A DNA stretch of 39,998 nt from a virus (IMGVR_UViG_3300037420_000418:1-39998), one strand, 5' to 3'; positions 17,794 to 27,356 are shown, numbered from the stretch's first letter. Numbers and translations are program-made. Notes: generated from the letters alone by a model not told the origin.

Positions 17794-20095
17794 TATCAAA
17801 GAAGATCCCTCCGGCATTACTAGATGCCTCGAATCTCTTACTGACTACATTGAAGTAGCATTCATTCTCTTTAACGGTGACGGTGATCCGCCCGAATTAG
17901 AAGGTAACATCCCTAAGATTATTTGGGGAGATATGGTCTGGGAGGATGACTTCGCCAAGGCGCGTAATAAAAGCTTTGAGCTAGTACATAACTACATGAA
18001 GCTGTCGGGCGAGAAGTTCGACTGGATCATGTGGATTGATACCGACGACACCTTAGAGGGTGGCGAAAACCTACAGTCCATGCTCGATGAGTTGGACCCT
18101 AGCACACAGGGAGTGTTCCTTAAATATGAGTACGCCGTTGACCCTGATACCGGGCAGGTTCTCACTGCCCAACAACGAGAACGCCTATTCCGCATTGATG
18201 TGGTGGCCAGATGGCACTACCCAATACACGAAGTCTGTCATACCCCAAACGGCACACAATATGCGAAGAAAGACTCGGTCTGGATTCGACACCAACGGAA
18301 CCCGCTTGCAGACCGATCCTCTACGCGCGAAAGAAATCGGCGCATCCTTACCCGTGCTCACAAGGAAAGCCCCGAAGTGCCTCGATTCACATATTACCTC
18401 GCAAATGAGGTCTATGCAGAGGCAGCCGAACTTGCGGTGGCAGGAAGAGTCGATAAAGACGTAGCTAACGCCGCTATCAAGCTCTACGAGGAGTTCATTC
18501 CTGTAGCCCCGTCGCCGGACGATGCCTACATCGCCGCGCATCAAATAGCTGAACTGAAGCGCATGAAGGGCGACAATCGTGGCGCTATTGAGTCGGAGTT
18601 ACAGGCGATGATGATTCATCCCACTTGGTCTGACGCCTACGTGGGGATCGCTCAGTGTTATTGCAACGTGAAGGATTGGGATAAAGTAATTTTCTGGTCT
18701 GATTCTTGCCTAAAGAATTCAGTTAAGGCTGAGACTTCTCAGGTTCGTGAACCTTTGAATGACTATGAACTACCCCTGTACCTGAAGGCTATTGCCTTGG
18801 AGAACAAGGGCAACCTGACCGAAGCGCTTTCGATCTATGAAGAGCTAGACACGGGCGCTATTCCTGAGGTACCTCTGCGCATTACAGAGGTCAAGGGGAA
18901 GATTCTGGATGAGAACGATAAGGCCGGATTACCTAGTCCTGAGGAAGATCGTAAGCGACTCTTTGGTACTCAGCCCGAGAAGTCCATCGCGTTCTTTACT
19001 CGCCCGTTGTTCGAGGCGTGGCACCCGAAGGTCGTCAAGGAAGGGGGTATCGGTGGTGCTGAGACGTGCGTGATGGAGGTTGCGAAGCGGTTTGCGGCCG
19101 ATGGCTGGCGCACGGTGGTCTTTGGCACCCCCGGCGATTACCGTGGTGTAGACGAGGACGGAATCGAGTGGTGGAACTCCGAGGATTGGGTGACCACTGA
19201 GCCATTCACAATCTTTGTGTCAAGCCGCACGCCGGAAGTATTCGATTCAGTTATTCCGGCAGATGTAAAGCTTTTATGGATGCATGATGTGAATGTCGGG
19301 CCGGTCTTTGACGGCCCATTTGGCGACAGAACAAAGAATATCGACGCGATCATTGGCCTGACCGACTGGCACTGTCAGCATATGTCGAAGCTTTACAACA
19401 TTCCGATTGAGAAGTTCATCAAGATACCAAACGGTATTGATCTGTCTCGCTTTAGCGATGAACAGAAAAAGAAGAAGAAGACATTTGTGTGGTCCTCTAG
19501 CCCTGACCGTGGACTAGATGTAGTCATGCGGCTATGGGGTCCGATCAGGGAGCGTTGGCCGGACGCCGAATTACATATCTACTACGGCTGGAACTCAATT
19601 AATAAGATTCTGGAAATTCATCCAGATCATCCACTCCAAAGTTTTAAGGCACATCTAATGGGGGTCATTGAGGATCTAGGCGGCGAGGGTGCAGGCATAT
19701 ATTGGCATGACCGAGTGGGGCAGCAGCAGCTAGCGCGTGAGCTAGAGGGCTACGAATACTGGCTCTACCCCACTTACTTTATGGAGACATTCTGTATCAC
19801 CGCGCTTGAAATGCAGGCGGCAGGAGTCATCCCATTAGTAAACAACATCGCAGCCCTCAATGAAACCGTGGCGCACCCATATTCGAAGCTTTGGGGTTGG
19901 CCAAACAATGAGAGCTTTATGACTGAGTTTCTTGGACGACTATATGTCTTGGACACTCAGCCGAAAAAGAAGAAAGAAATCTATGCCGCAGGGAGAGAGC
20001 ACGCTTCAAAGTACACATGGGATAACGCTTATTCACTTTGGCAGATGCATTGCGACCACATCGTTAACCATCGCTTACAGGAGGTAGCCACATGA
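17756..20095 (+). CDS. multidomain glycosyltransferase (GT2 + TPR-like + GT4/GT-B)
   Basis: DFAKARN..WIDTDD..RERLFR..IHE; helical repeats; GIGGAET, WMHD, PNGID, SSPDRGL, YPTYFMETFCITALE. Confidence 0.9.
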   Translation: MKRVVAALIAGNDIKEDPSGITRCLESLTDYIEVAFILFNGDGDPPELEGNIPKIIWGDMVWEDDFAKARNKSFELVHNYMKLSGEKFDWIMWIDTDDTLEGGENLQSMLDELDPSTQGVFLKYEYAVDPDTGQVLTAQQRERLFRIDVVARWHYPIHEVCHTPNGTQYAKKDSVWIRHQRNPLADRSSTRERNRRILTRAHKESPEVPRFTYYLANEVYAEAAELAVAGRVDKDVANAAIKLYEEFIPVAPSPDDAYIAAHQIAELKRMKGDNRGAIESELQAMMIHPTWSDAYVGIAQCYCNVKDWDKVIFWSDSCLKNSVKAETSQVREPLNDYELPLYLKAIALENKGNLTEALSIYEELDTGAIPEVPLRITEVKGKILDENDKAGLPSPEEDRKRLFGTQPEKSIAFFTRPLFEAWHPKVVKEGGIGGAETCVMEVAKRFAADGWRTVVFGTPGDYRGVDEDGIEWWNSEDWVTTEPFTIFVSSRTPEVFDSVIPADVKLLWMHDVNVGPVFDGPFGDRTKNIDAIIGLTDWHCQHMSKLYNIPIEKFIKIPNGIDLSRFSDEQKKKKKTFVWSSSPDRGLDVVMRLWGPIRERWPDAELHIYYGWNSINKILEIHPDHPLQSFKAHLMGVIEDLGGEGAGIYWHDRVGQQQLARELEGYEYWLYPTYFMETFCITALEMQAAGVIPLVNNIAALNETVAHPYSKLWGWPNNESFMTEFLGRLYVLDTQPKKKKEIYAAGREHASKYTWDNAYSLWQMHCDHIVNHRLQEVAT

Positions 20096-20922
20096 CTCGC
20101 TGTGCGATCTTCACCCCCACGCAGCGCCACGGGATTGACGTAACCCACCAATCAATTCTGCGCCAGGAGTGTGACGCAGAACTATTGTGGATCGTATGCG
20201 ACGAGCTATTCGATCAGCGCCATGATGTGTTTTACAATTTCGCCATGCAGGATAAGAAGAATGGCAAGTATGATTTCAAATATTTCTATCGCCATAAGAA
20301 GCCTGGCAACAAAAGAAATCTAGCCGCAGCATATAACGATGCGCTCTCTTTCGCCAGAAATTGGGACGCTGATATGTTTATCTCACTTCAGGACTATATC
20401 TATGTCCCGAAAGATGGTGTGCAAAAGTACATTAATATGTTTAACTACGTGGAGTGTGTAGAGGAAATTGATGCCATCTACACTGGCATCTGCTCTATCT
20501 CGGAAGACCCGACCGATGAGCAGATCCACGATACCAGTGGCATGTACACTATCTTTAAAGAGCCTTACGTAAATAGACCACAGAAACTTTCGTGGCTAGA
20601 TGTGCGTTACAATAGCGACTCAACGTATCGCTACAACGCATCGAATCCCGTTGAGTGGGAAACGAATTGGGCTTGTATCCCCAGAACAGCACTCTATGAC
20701 GAGCGCCTAAAGTTCGATGAGACATTTGACAAGGCTGTCGCGTATGAGAACCAGGACTATGCCTATCAAGCAGAGAAGCTTGGTTATCGAATTCTCATCG
20801 ACTATTATAATGACACTATCTCACTGCCCCACAAGCGATACTTTGCAGCCGAGTGGGAAGAAGAGAAGCCGCTGACAGATGTAAACAGGGCTTACACTGA
20901 GTCAAAGTGGGGAAGCCCGTGA
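20092..20922 (+). CDS. GT2-like glycosyltransferase
   Basis: IFTPT, AYND, SLQDY, FDETFD..YENQDYAY. Confidence 0.75.
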   Translation: MTRCAIFTPTQRHGIDVTHQSILRQECDAELLWIVCDELFDQRHDVFYNFAMQDKKNGKYDFKYFYRHKKPGNKRNLAAAYNDALSFARNWDADMFISLQDYIYVPKDGVQKYINMFNYVECVEEIDAIYTGICSISEDPTDEQIHDTSGMYTIFKEPYVNRPQKLSWLDVRYNSDSTYRYNASNPVEWETNWACIPRTALYDERLKFDETFDKAVAYENQDYAYQAEKLGYRILIDYYNDTISLPHKRYFAAEWEEEKPLTDVNRAYTESKWGSP

Positions 20923-21494
20923 CTATAGATCGTTTCAATTTTCAAAGATCGTGCGCCCACAAATATACAGGTCTTGTTTTAAATGTGGGCTGCAACACTG
21001 ACCCCGGACACATTAAGGGTGCCGCGCCAAATGTAATTAATTGTGACGCCTATGAAGAGGATCAGTTCACGCGAGAGAAGCTCCCTGTCGATGCCGTGTT
21101 TGATTGCACCGAGGACAGGTGGCCGTTTGAAAACTCTTCCGTAGACCTAGTGATCCTGGGTGACATAGTAGAACATATGTATCCTCAGGAATTTGAGCGA
21201 TGCCTCGCGGAATGCGCGAGGGTAGCCATACATTTATGTATAACGCTACCCGTGGACACACGCATAGAGGATGACCCGAACTATAAAGACAAAATCGCTG
21301 ATGTTCCGAAAGGTATGGTTCACGTCCATGTTTATCGAGAACCAGAACTTAGGTCGTTCCTTTCCAACGCTGGCTTTGAAATCACCAGCTTCCAAGCGGT
21401 GGACTACGGATTTGTGGCGGAAGGATATTACATTGAAGCTAAGAATCTATCCCCGATCAGTAGTAGCTCACCGCTCCAGAAAATTGACGTATGA
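20919..21494 (+). CDS. class I SAM-dependent methyltransferase
   Basis: VLNVGC, WPFENSSVDLVILGDIVEH. Confidence 0.85.
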   Translation: MTIDRFNFQRSCAHKYTGLVLNVGCNTDPGHIKGAAPNVINCDAYEEDQFTREKLPVDAVFDCTEDRWPFENSSVDLVILGDIVEHMYPQEFERCLAECARVAIHLCITLPVDTRIEDDPNYKDKIADVPKGMVHVHVYREPELRSFLSNAGFEITSFQAVDYGFVAEGYYIEAKNLSPISSSSPLQKIDV

Positions 21495-21606
21495 CCCCCA
21501 AATCGGTGATTTATCTAGAGGCCGACTGAAGGCTATGGTATCCATCCGCACGATGCTGAGGGACGGACCTCTCGGCCCGGAGGAAAGGGTTAAGTTATGG
21601 ATTTAG
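21433..21606 (+). CDS. hypothetical protein (57 aa)
   Basis: TTG start with GAAGGA SD; fills the gap between methyltransferases. Confidence 0.35.
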   Translation: MKLRIYPRSVVAHRSRKLTYDPQIGDLSRGRLKAMVSIRTMLRDGPLGPEERVKLWI

Positions 21607-22130
21607 ACGCGCCGGACTCTCAGCAGCCGTTGGGTGTTCTCGACCTGCCTGATGAGCCGTTCCCGCTTGAAATCGGCGCGGGAGAACGGCCGACGCCCGG
21701 TTTCATCCATAACGACGCGCGGCCCCTTCCCGATATCGAGGTCGTCTCTGATGCGCGCGAAGAACTTGTGAGTCTCGTTGGCCCGGGGCGGGTGACTGTC
21801 CTGAGGGCGTGCCATGTGCTTGAACATTTCCCTTATGCCGAAACTGTAAACATATTACGTTTATGGCGGAGTCTACTGATACCGGGCGGATTTGTCCACC
21901 TTGAAGTGCCAAATATGACGTGGCAGATCCAAGCCTGCGCCCGGGGAGAAATTACCGATAGTGAGTTCGTCTACTACGCGTATGGAGAACAAAACTATTC
22001 CGGTAACTTTCATTGTGCCGGGTTCTCACCCGGTATTTTAACGTCATCATTAGAACAATCTGGATTCGAAGGTATAAACATAAATGATATTGGACAAGTT
22101 CTCGTAGCTAACGCTAATAATCCTCTATAA
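21597..22130 (+). CDS. class I SAM-dependent methyltransferase
   Basis: LEIGAG, HVLEHF, LIPGG..LEVP. Confidence 0.85.
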   Translation: MDLDAPDSQQPLGVLDLPDEPFPLEIGAGERPTPGFIHNDARPLPDIEVVSDAREELVSLVGPGRVTVLRACHVLEHFPYAETVNILRLWRSLLIPGGFVHLEVPNMTWQIQACARGEITDSEFVYYAYGEQNYSGNFHCAGFSPGILTSSLEQSGFEGININDIGQVLVANANNPL

Positions 22131-22165
22131 TTTGTCGTGTAAATTATCTGAGTGGGGAGGGTTAG

Positions 22166-22372
22166 ATGCGTTGTGTGGAAGATGATTGTGAACTAGACGC
22201 CAAGGGCTATGATATCGAGAAGGCCTATGATCAGGATAATCAGCCCATCTATGCTGTCACCTACGAGTGCCCCGAAGGTCACAAGTTTGTAGCTGAATAT
22301 GAGCGTGCTCTAGAAGAAGACATTATCGAAGAAGATTTCGAGTTAAGAGTCCCGGAGGAAGCGAATGGCTAA
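22166..22372 (+). CDS. small acidic Zn-finger-like protein
   Basis: C..C and CPEGH; GGAGG SD. Confidence 0.6.
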   Translation: MRCVEDDCELDAKGYDIEKAYDQDNQPIYAVTYECPEGHKFVAEYERALEEDIIEEDFELRVPEEANG

Positions 22373-23057
22373 ATACTTAGTGTTGCACAGATGCCCGGTC
22401 CCGGCTAAGCTTCATCCCGAGTTGAAGTTGATTGCCATGCGAAGCGGGGCGACCTTAAACTCCTGCTACCGAGGGACAGATGCCGAGTCATTGCTGCGCC
22501 GGTATGGAAAAATGTCTCAGCGACAGTTGTACAATCTGTTCTTGGCAGGCCGGGGTAATCCTGCGAACAAGCCAGGGTTTTCTACCCACGAATTGAGAAG
22601 TGATGGTGTAGCGTACAGAATTCCACGAGGCTTGCCATTGCGATACTGGATGGTGGGTCAGGACTGGTCTGATCCGGGTGCAGTTGTGCGTGAAGCTAAG
22701 CGTATCGGCTTCACGGCCACTGTGACGTACCCCACAAACCCACGGGAAGGTCACCATATCAACTTCCGCAAGGAACCGCGTTTGGTCCCGCAGTACAAAC
22801 CGCTTCGGCTGGGTTCGACCGGAAGGAGAGTTAAGGGCCTCACTCGCCGCCTTACCTTTATCAAGGACAGGCATGGACACCACTACCTTAAACACGCCTA
22901 CAACACATACACAAAGGAAGTTGAAAGCGCTGTCAGGCGGTTCCAAATCGACCATCACCAACGCGCCGACGGTGTTTATGGTTTGCAGACTGCTAGACAA
23001 TTAAATGCCTCTGTCCGTTGGCGCAAGAGAAAGAATAGGGAAGAGAAGAAAAGATGA
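22365..23057 (+). CDS. endolysin: M15-like Zn peptidase + peptidoglycan-binding domain
   Basis: SCYR..Q..LY..ANKPGFSTHE..D..EGHH; C-terminal LRLGSTG..AVRRFQ..ADGVYG..T. Confidence 0.8.
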   Translation: MAKYLVLHRCPVPAKLHPELKLIAMRSGATLNSCYRGTDAESLLRRYGKMSQRQLYNLFLAGRGNPANKPGFSTHELRSDGVAYRIPRGLPLRYWMVGQDWSDPGAVVREAKRIGFTATVTYPTNPREGHHINFRKEPRLVPQYKPLRLGSTGRRVKGLTRRLTFIKDRHGHHYLKHAYNTYTKEVESAVRRFQIDHHQRADGVYGLQTARQLNASVRWRKRKNREEKKR

Positions 23058-23623
23058 GCGATTATATTGGTGACTCTTTAAAAAACTTGGGCCATTACCG
23101 TGTTCAACGTGTTCAGGAAATTGCTCACGAAGAGAATGACAATATCACAGGAGTATTACTCCTGTGTCTTGGCCTGCGTGAAACTGGCCTCAGAAACATT
23201 AACAACCCGGCTAAGACAGATAAGGGATGGGTTCAGATAAGTGATATCTACCATCACGACTGGCTTTTTAGGCAACCGGGATGCAAGGCTGGTACCTGGA
23301 CACCGGTAGTAGGTCATAATGCTGCTGAGCCAGATTACTGCCCTCGTTTTACACCGGCCTGCCGGTATGCAATTGAACTTTTGCAGGACGGTATCAACTA
23401 TGCTTCTTCTCATGGCGTGCCTAAGGATCAACAGGTGCGGTTTGCCATTGCGTCTTACAACGCTGGCATAGGCGGAGCGTATAAGGGTTGGCGCGAAGGC
23501 AACGTAGATAAGTACACAACAGGTGGAGACTATTCCCGTTGGGTACTAGACAGGAAGCCACTCGTCAGCAAGTGGATAAAGGATCATCCGAATTGGTTGT
23601 GGACGCCCGAGCAAGGGGGGTGA
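23054..23623 (+). CDS. lytic transglycosylase (SLT-like)
   Basis: LRET catalytic Glu, GWVQI, ASYNAG, TTGGDYS..V. Confidence 0.8.
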   Translation: MSDYIGDSLKNLGHYRVQRVQEIAHEENDNITGVLLLCLGLRETGLRNINNPAKTDKGWVQISDIYHHDWLFRQPGCKAGTWTPVVGHNAAEPDYCPRFTPACRYAIELLQDGINYASSHGVPKDQQVRFAIASYNAGIGGAYKGWREGNVDKYTTGGDYSRWVLDRKPLVSKWIKDHPNWLWTPEQGG

Positions 23624-23629
23624 GAAAAT

Positions 23630-23821
23630 ATGGGAACAATTAAAACTAGACCAGCAGAGTCTTCATCTTTGCTTGCTTCTTTCCTTCTGATCGTCGGCGT
23701 TTTGACCGGCGGCGTGGAAGTCAACAACGACACTCTGTCGGTAATTGCGATTGGTATTGTTGGTGGCCTACCGGCTGTCGTCACGTATGTTGTCGAGCTT
23801 GTAAGAAAGGCTAAGGGATGA
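23630..23821 (+). CDS. holin (putative)
   Basis: two TM segments, basic C-terminus, follows lysins. Confidence 0.65.
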   Translation: MGTIKTRPAESSSLLASFLLIVGVLTGGVEVNNDTLSVIAIGIVGGLPAVVTYVVELVRKAKG

Positions 23822-23908
23822 GGACTTTAGTATCGCATGTGGCCAGACTAGTTCTGTACATGCTAGAACCAGCGCCGAAACCAGAAATCAAACCAGCGAG
23901 AATTACCT

Positions 23909-24115
23909 ATGGCACGACGAGCAGCAACACAAAAGCCTGAGTATAGATTCGTGGTAGTAGATGCCACGATCAATACTTGGCGCGTAAAGGACAGACTAAC
24001 CGGCGATGTATTCCTAAAGGATTACTATTCACCGATGGACGCCAGAGTCAGGGCTGAAAAACTAAACATAGACCCATCACTAGTCGTGGAAGAGAAAATT
24101 GAAGATCAAATTTAA
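23909..24115 (+). CDS. hypothetical protein
   Basis: ORF in operon. Confidence 0.55.
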   Translation: MARRAATQKPEYRFVVVDATINTWRVKDRLTGDVFLKDYYSPMDARVRAEKLNIDPSLVVEEKIEDQI

Positions 24116-24533
24116 GAAACTCTTTGATGATGTAATTACACCAACATATGAAACAATAGGATCAGTAGGTTTTGATCTTAGGTCCTATGAAGATTACGAG
24201 ATAGAACCTTTGGAATTGGGGCTGGTCCGGACGGGGTTGGTAATAGAAACCCCGCCCGGATTCATGCTCGCCCTCGTGCCCCGTTCAAGTACCTTCAAGC
24301 GCACCGGGTTGGTCATGCCACACAGTGTGGGTGTGATTGATCAGGATTATTCCGGCGAGGAAGATGAGTTGATTTTGCAGTTCTACAACAGTAGCCGCCA
24401 CGCAACTGTTGATGTACGTAAAGGTGACAGGATTGCTCAGGGTATTTTCTTACGGATCGGTCGCTTTGGTTTTGAAGAGACAGAATCTATGGGCGATAGC
24501 CGGGGCGGCTTCGGAAGCACAGGTACACAATGA
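24099..24533 (+). CDS. dut: trimeric dUTPase
   Basis: GFDL, PRSS, GVIDQDYSG, GDRIAQG, RGGFGSTG. Confidence 0.95.
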   Translation: MKIKFKKLFDDVITPTYETIGSVGFDLRSYEDYEIEPLELGLVRTGLVIETPPGFMLALVPRSSTFKRTGLVMPHSVGVIDQDYSGEEDELILQFYNSSRHATVDVRKGDRIAQGIFLRIGRFGFEETESMGDSRGGFGSTGTQ

Positions 24534-24730
24534 TTTTGAAAGCGGAAGACCTGGACTTCGAAAGCTATACCCCCTCTGGTGTAGGGGCACCACAAAATGT
24601 TAACAGTGCAATTAAAATCACACACATTCCGACAAACTCATATGTAGTTTGTCAGCGGTTCCCTAGTCTTTTAAAAAATAGGGACGCCGCCCTAATGGCA
24701 TTGAAGGTACTGGTGTCTCATGACGGTTGA
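24530..24730 (+). CDS. stand-alone RF-1 (peptidyl-tRNA hydrolase) domain homolog with degenerate GGQ
   Basis: EDL..SGVGAPQNVNSAIKITHIPT..VVCQ..S..KNRDAAL matches release-factor domain 3 consensus. Confidence 0.75.
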   Translation: MILKAEDLDFESYTPSGVGAPQNVNSAIKITHIPTNSYVVCQRFPSLLKNRDAALMALKVLVSHDG

Positions 24731-24992
24731 TCCAGTACACGGAACTAAGGTTGAGTGTGAATGCCCTGAAGTTATTTTGATAGACGAGCGTGCTTTTGGT
24801 TTAGGTTTTCGGTGCGTCAAGTGTGGCTTGTCCGCCGACCACCGGCTCGAAGAGTTCATGGAGCGGCTGCACGGCCGCAAGGTGGTCCTGACCGACGAAC
24901 AAAGGGCCTCCCTGAAATACCGAATTGCTAAGATAAGAAGACAGAACGCCCGACAGGGAACTACCATTACAAAGGAGTCAAGTTGTGAGTGA
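24720..24992 (+). CDS. Zn-ribbon hypothetical protein
   Basis: CEC..CVKC. Confidence 0.6.
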   Translation: MTVDPVHGTKVECECPEVILIDERAFGLGFRCVKCGLSADHRLEEFMERLHGRKVVLTDEQRASLKYRIAKIRRQNARQGTTITKESSCE

Positions 24993-25644
24993 GGCAACGC
25001 CTCTTACGGCGCGCGAAGAGTTGGAGCAGGCCAAGCTACAGGCTGAAATCGCCAAGCTGACTGCCGAGGCTAGGCGTTGGGGGTTCGAAGCCCAACGAGC
25101 GCAAAAGGAAATGGAAGCCTGGGACGCTGGCTCGGACGAGCATCGGATCTATAACTACTTCGGCACCGTTGACGCTGGTGGTGTGCATTCCGCTATCGAC
25201 GTGATCGGTAACTGGACCCGCCGCCCGACAGAAAACAAGAATCTAACTGTCGTTCTTAACTCGCCCGGTGGATCTGTCATCCACGGACTAGCTCTATATG
25301 ACTTCCTAGAGGGTCTGAAGGGAGAAGGCTGGCGCATCACGACCATTGCCCGTGGCATGGCTGCGTCGATGGGCGGCGTGCTCCTACAGGTGGGCGACGA
25401 GCGTATCATCGGTAAGAACGCCAACCTCCTGATCCACGAAGTATCCACGCTCGGTATCGGTAAGCTGTCTGAGATTGAGGACGAGATTAAGTTTACTAAG
25501 AAGCTTCAGGAAAGACTGCTGGATATCCTAGCTTCGCGCTCCACGATGACCAAGGAACAGATCAAGAACAAGTGGCGGCGTAAGGATTGGTGGCTCGGAA
25601 GTGAAGAGACTCTCGAACTTGGCTTTGCCGACAGAATTGGATAG
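24985..25644 (+). CDS. ClpP-like serine protease
   Basis: LNSPGGSV, GMAASMG, LIHE, DWWL..E..LGFAD. Confidence 0.9.
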   Translation: MSEATPLTAREELEQAKLQAEIAKLTAEARRWGFEAQRAQKEMEAWDAGSDEHRIYNYFGTVDAGGVHSAIDVIGNWTRRPTENKNLTVVLNSPGGSVIHGLALYDFLEGLKGEGWRITTIARGMAASMGGVLLQVGDERIIGKNANLLIHEVSTLGIGKLSEIEDEIKFTKKLQERLLDILASRSTMTKEQIKNKWRRKDWWLGSEETLELGFADRIG

Positions 25645-25646
25645 AT

Positions 25647-25994
25647 ATGCTTGAACTAGAAGAAGATATTGTAATTGATACAGGGCAATTGGTTGAGTTG
25701 TCTGAGTACGACAATGGATATTTTCTTGTCGTAGATATTGGAGAGGATTTCCAGTTCGGATTTCCGATCTATAAGGATGGCTACACCAATTTCCCTATGG
25801 ATAGAGAAGAGCCGTTCGTAGTAGGAGATAAGATTGACGTAGAGTCTGCCAAGATGGGTACTCGCATCTTATCTCTAGCCGTCAACGGGACGGAATGGTT
25901 CACCTACTCGATGCGTGAGGCGGAGCTTATCTCAGCTATCCGCAAGCACTGGCGGCAGGCGCAGGCACTACAGGACGAGCTAGAGAATGTTTGA
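25647..25994 (+). CDS. hypothetical protein
   Basis: ORF in operon. Confidence 0.6.
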   Translation: MLELEEDIVIDTGQLVELSEYDNGYFLVVDIGEDFQFGFPIYKDGYTNFPMDREEPFVVGDKIDVESAKMGTRILSLAVNGTEWFTYSMREAELISAIRKHWRQAQALQDELENV

Positions 25995-26217
25995 GCGGGA
26001 AGTCCTGTACTGCCATGCGTGCGGTGATTTGTGCCGACCGGGTGAGTTCATCTACTGGTGCGATCCCTTCACCGGCCAGGAGCTACCGGCCGGGGGAGAA
26101 CCGTTCCACGATGAGTGCGTGCCAGGAACAGCTTTCTATGAGGATCAGGAAAGCTATAACCTAGCAGAAGAAGAGCACGATTATGGCACCGAGTCGATGA
26201 GTAATTTTGACACATGA
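25987..26217 (+). CDS. small Zn-binding hypothetical protein
   Basis: CHAC..HDEC. Confidence 0.6.
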   Translation: MFEREVLYCHACGDLCRPGEFIYWCDPFTGQELPAGGEPFHDECVPGTAFYEDQESYNLAEEEHDYGTESMSNFDT

Positions 26218-26696
26218 ACGAGCAAACTGACTTCAAATCACATTATATCCATGGGTACGTGGCTGATGGGCGGGAATTAAATGTCCCGCTCATCAGTGAA
26301 GTGCTACCAGGATTTTGGCAGGGAGGCTGTAAGGATGGAGTCCGGCTACCTGAGGACTTCGATCTAGTTATTTCCCTCTATAAATGGGAGGAATACAAGA
26401 TCGGTCCGAATACCGAACGACTAACAGTCACAGCATATGACAGTGAAGAAGTTCCAGACGTTGGACACCTAGCTGAGATTGCGCATCGGGAATGGAGTCA
26501 GGGGAAAAAGGTGCTGGTTCATTGTCAGGCTGGACTCAACCGTTCGGGACTGGTTGCCGCTCAGGTTCTCATGCTCAAAGGTTGGCCCGCTGTTGAGGCA
26601 ATCAATCATCTGCGTGAGAAGAGAAGCCCACTCGTGCTGTGTAATACAGCATTTGAAACGTGGCTGTTAGAACAACCAAGTGAGCAACAAAAGTAA
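26214..26696 (+). CDS. dual-specificity/tyrosine phosphatase
   Basis: HCQAGLNRS (CX5R P-loop). Confidence 0.9.
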   Translation: MNEQTDFKSHYIHGYVADGRELNVPLISEVLPGFWQGGCKDGVRLPEDFDLVISLYKWEEYKIGPNTERLTVTAYDSEEVPDVGHLAEIAHREWSQGKKVLVHCQAGLNRSGLVAAQVLMLKGWPAVEAINHLREKRSPLVLCNTAFETWLLEQPSEQQK

Positions 26697-27105
26697 GCCT
26701 ACTGATATCGGGGGCGAGTGGGAACGTCGGTTCGCCAAGAGGATCGGTGGAAAACTACAGCCGGGAAGCGGGAATCAATGGTTCGCCAAGCTAGACGTAG
26801 GTTCCCGCTCATTCCTGTGGTCCCTGAAGGCGACGAGCTTTCAGTCCTTCCGTCTGACCAAGGACGTTATCTACGAGGCCGCACGCGCCGTTATCGGGCC
26901 GGGAGGTAAGGGCGGAGACACCATCCCCGGCATCGCCCTGGATATCGACGGCGAAGAGGTCGTGGTCCTACGGCTGAGTGATTTCTTGCACATTGTATCC
27001 GAAGAAGTTAAGATAGTAGAACCTAATAAAGCAGAGCAGAAGAGGGCTCTAGCTAAGCTACCTAAATTTCAGCGGAGAGTAGATGAAGAAGAAGTCGAGC
27101 AATAA
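26680..27105 (+). CDS. second resolvase-like PD-(D/E)XK nuclease
   Basis: ERRFAKRIGG..QPGSG..KLDV..SLKAT. Confidence 0.6.
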   Translation: MSNKSKPTDIGGEWERRFAKRIGGKLQPGSGNQWFAKLDVGSRSFLWSLKATSFQSFRLTKDVIYEAARAVIGPGGKGGDTIPGIALDIDGEEVVVLRLSDFLHIVSEEVKIVEPNKAEQKRALAKLPKFQRRVDEEEVEQ

Positions 27106-27199
27106 AAAGCCAAGTCCTTCAAAGAAGGCAACTCCCCGCTCCAAGCAAATTACTCAGTCTCCTAGACCGAAAAGCCCGAGGGGGAAGTCTTATGCATAG
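27083..27199 (+). CDS. 38-aa Lys/Ser/Pro-rich basic peptide
   Basis: MKKKSSNKKPSPSKKATPRSKQITQSPRPKSPRGKSYA; GGAG SD; overlaps both neighbours. Confidence 0.45.
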   Translation: MKKKSSNKKPSPSKKATPRSKQITQSPRPKSPRGKSYA

Positions 27200-27356
27200 T
27201 GCAATTGTTTACGACCTTCATGATGAAGAGTGGGAGTTCCTAGCTGCCGCCATTGAGGGAGAACATCGTTATCTTATGACTTGGATTGACGACGATGGAA
27301 TGATCTACGTAAGAACTGCGGATAGTTATGCGGAACTTATGTGGAACGCCATCTAA
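27192..27356 (+). CDS. hypothetical acidic protein (54 aa)
   Basis: GAGGGGG SD; MHSAIVYDLHDEEW... Confidence 0.55.
   Translation: MHSAIVYDLHDEEWEFLAAAIEGEHRYLMTWIDDDGMIYVRTADSYAELMWNAI

Noticed and set aside
22488-23000. 170-aa antisense ORF (also 34442-34972 and similar shadows)
   Set aside because: Antisense to well-supported genes with no motifs or SD
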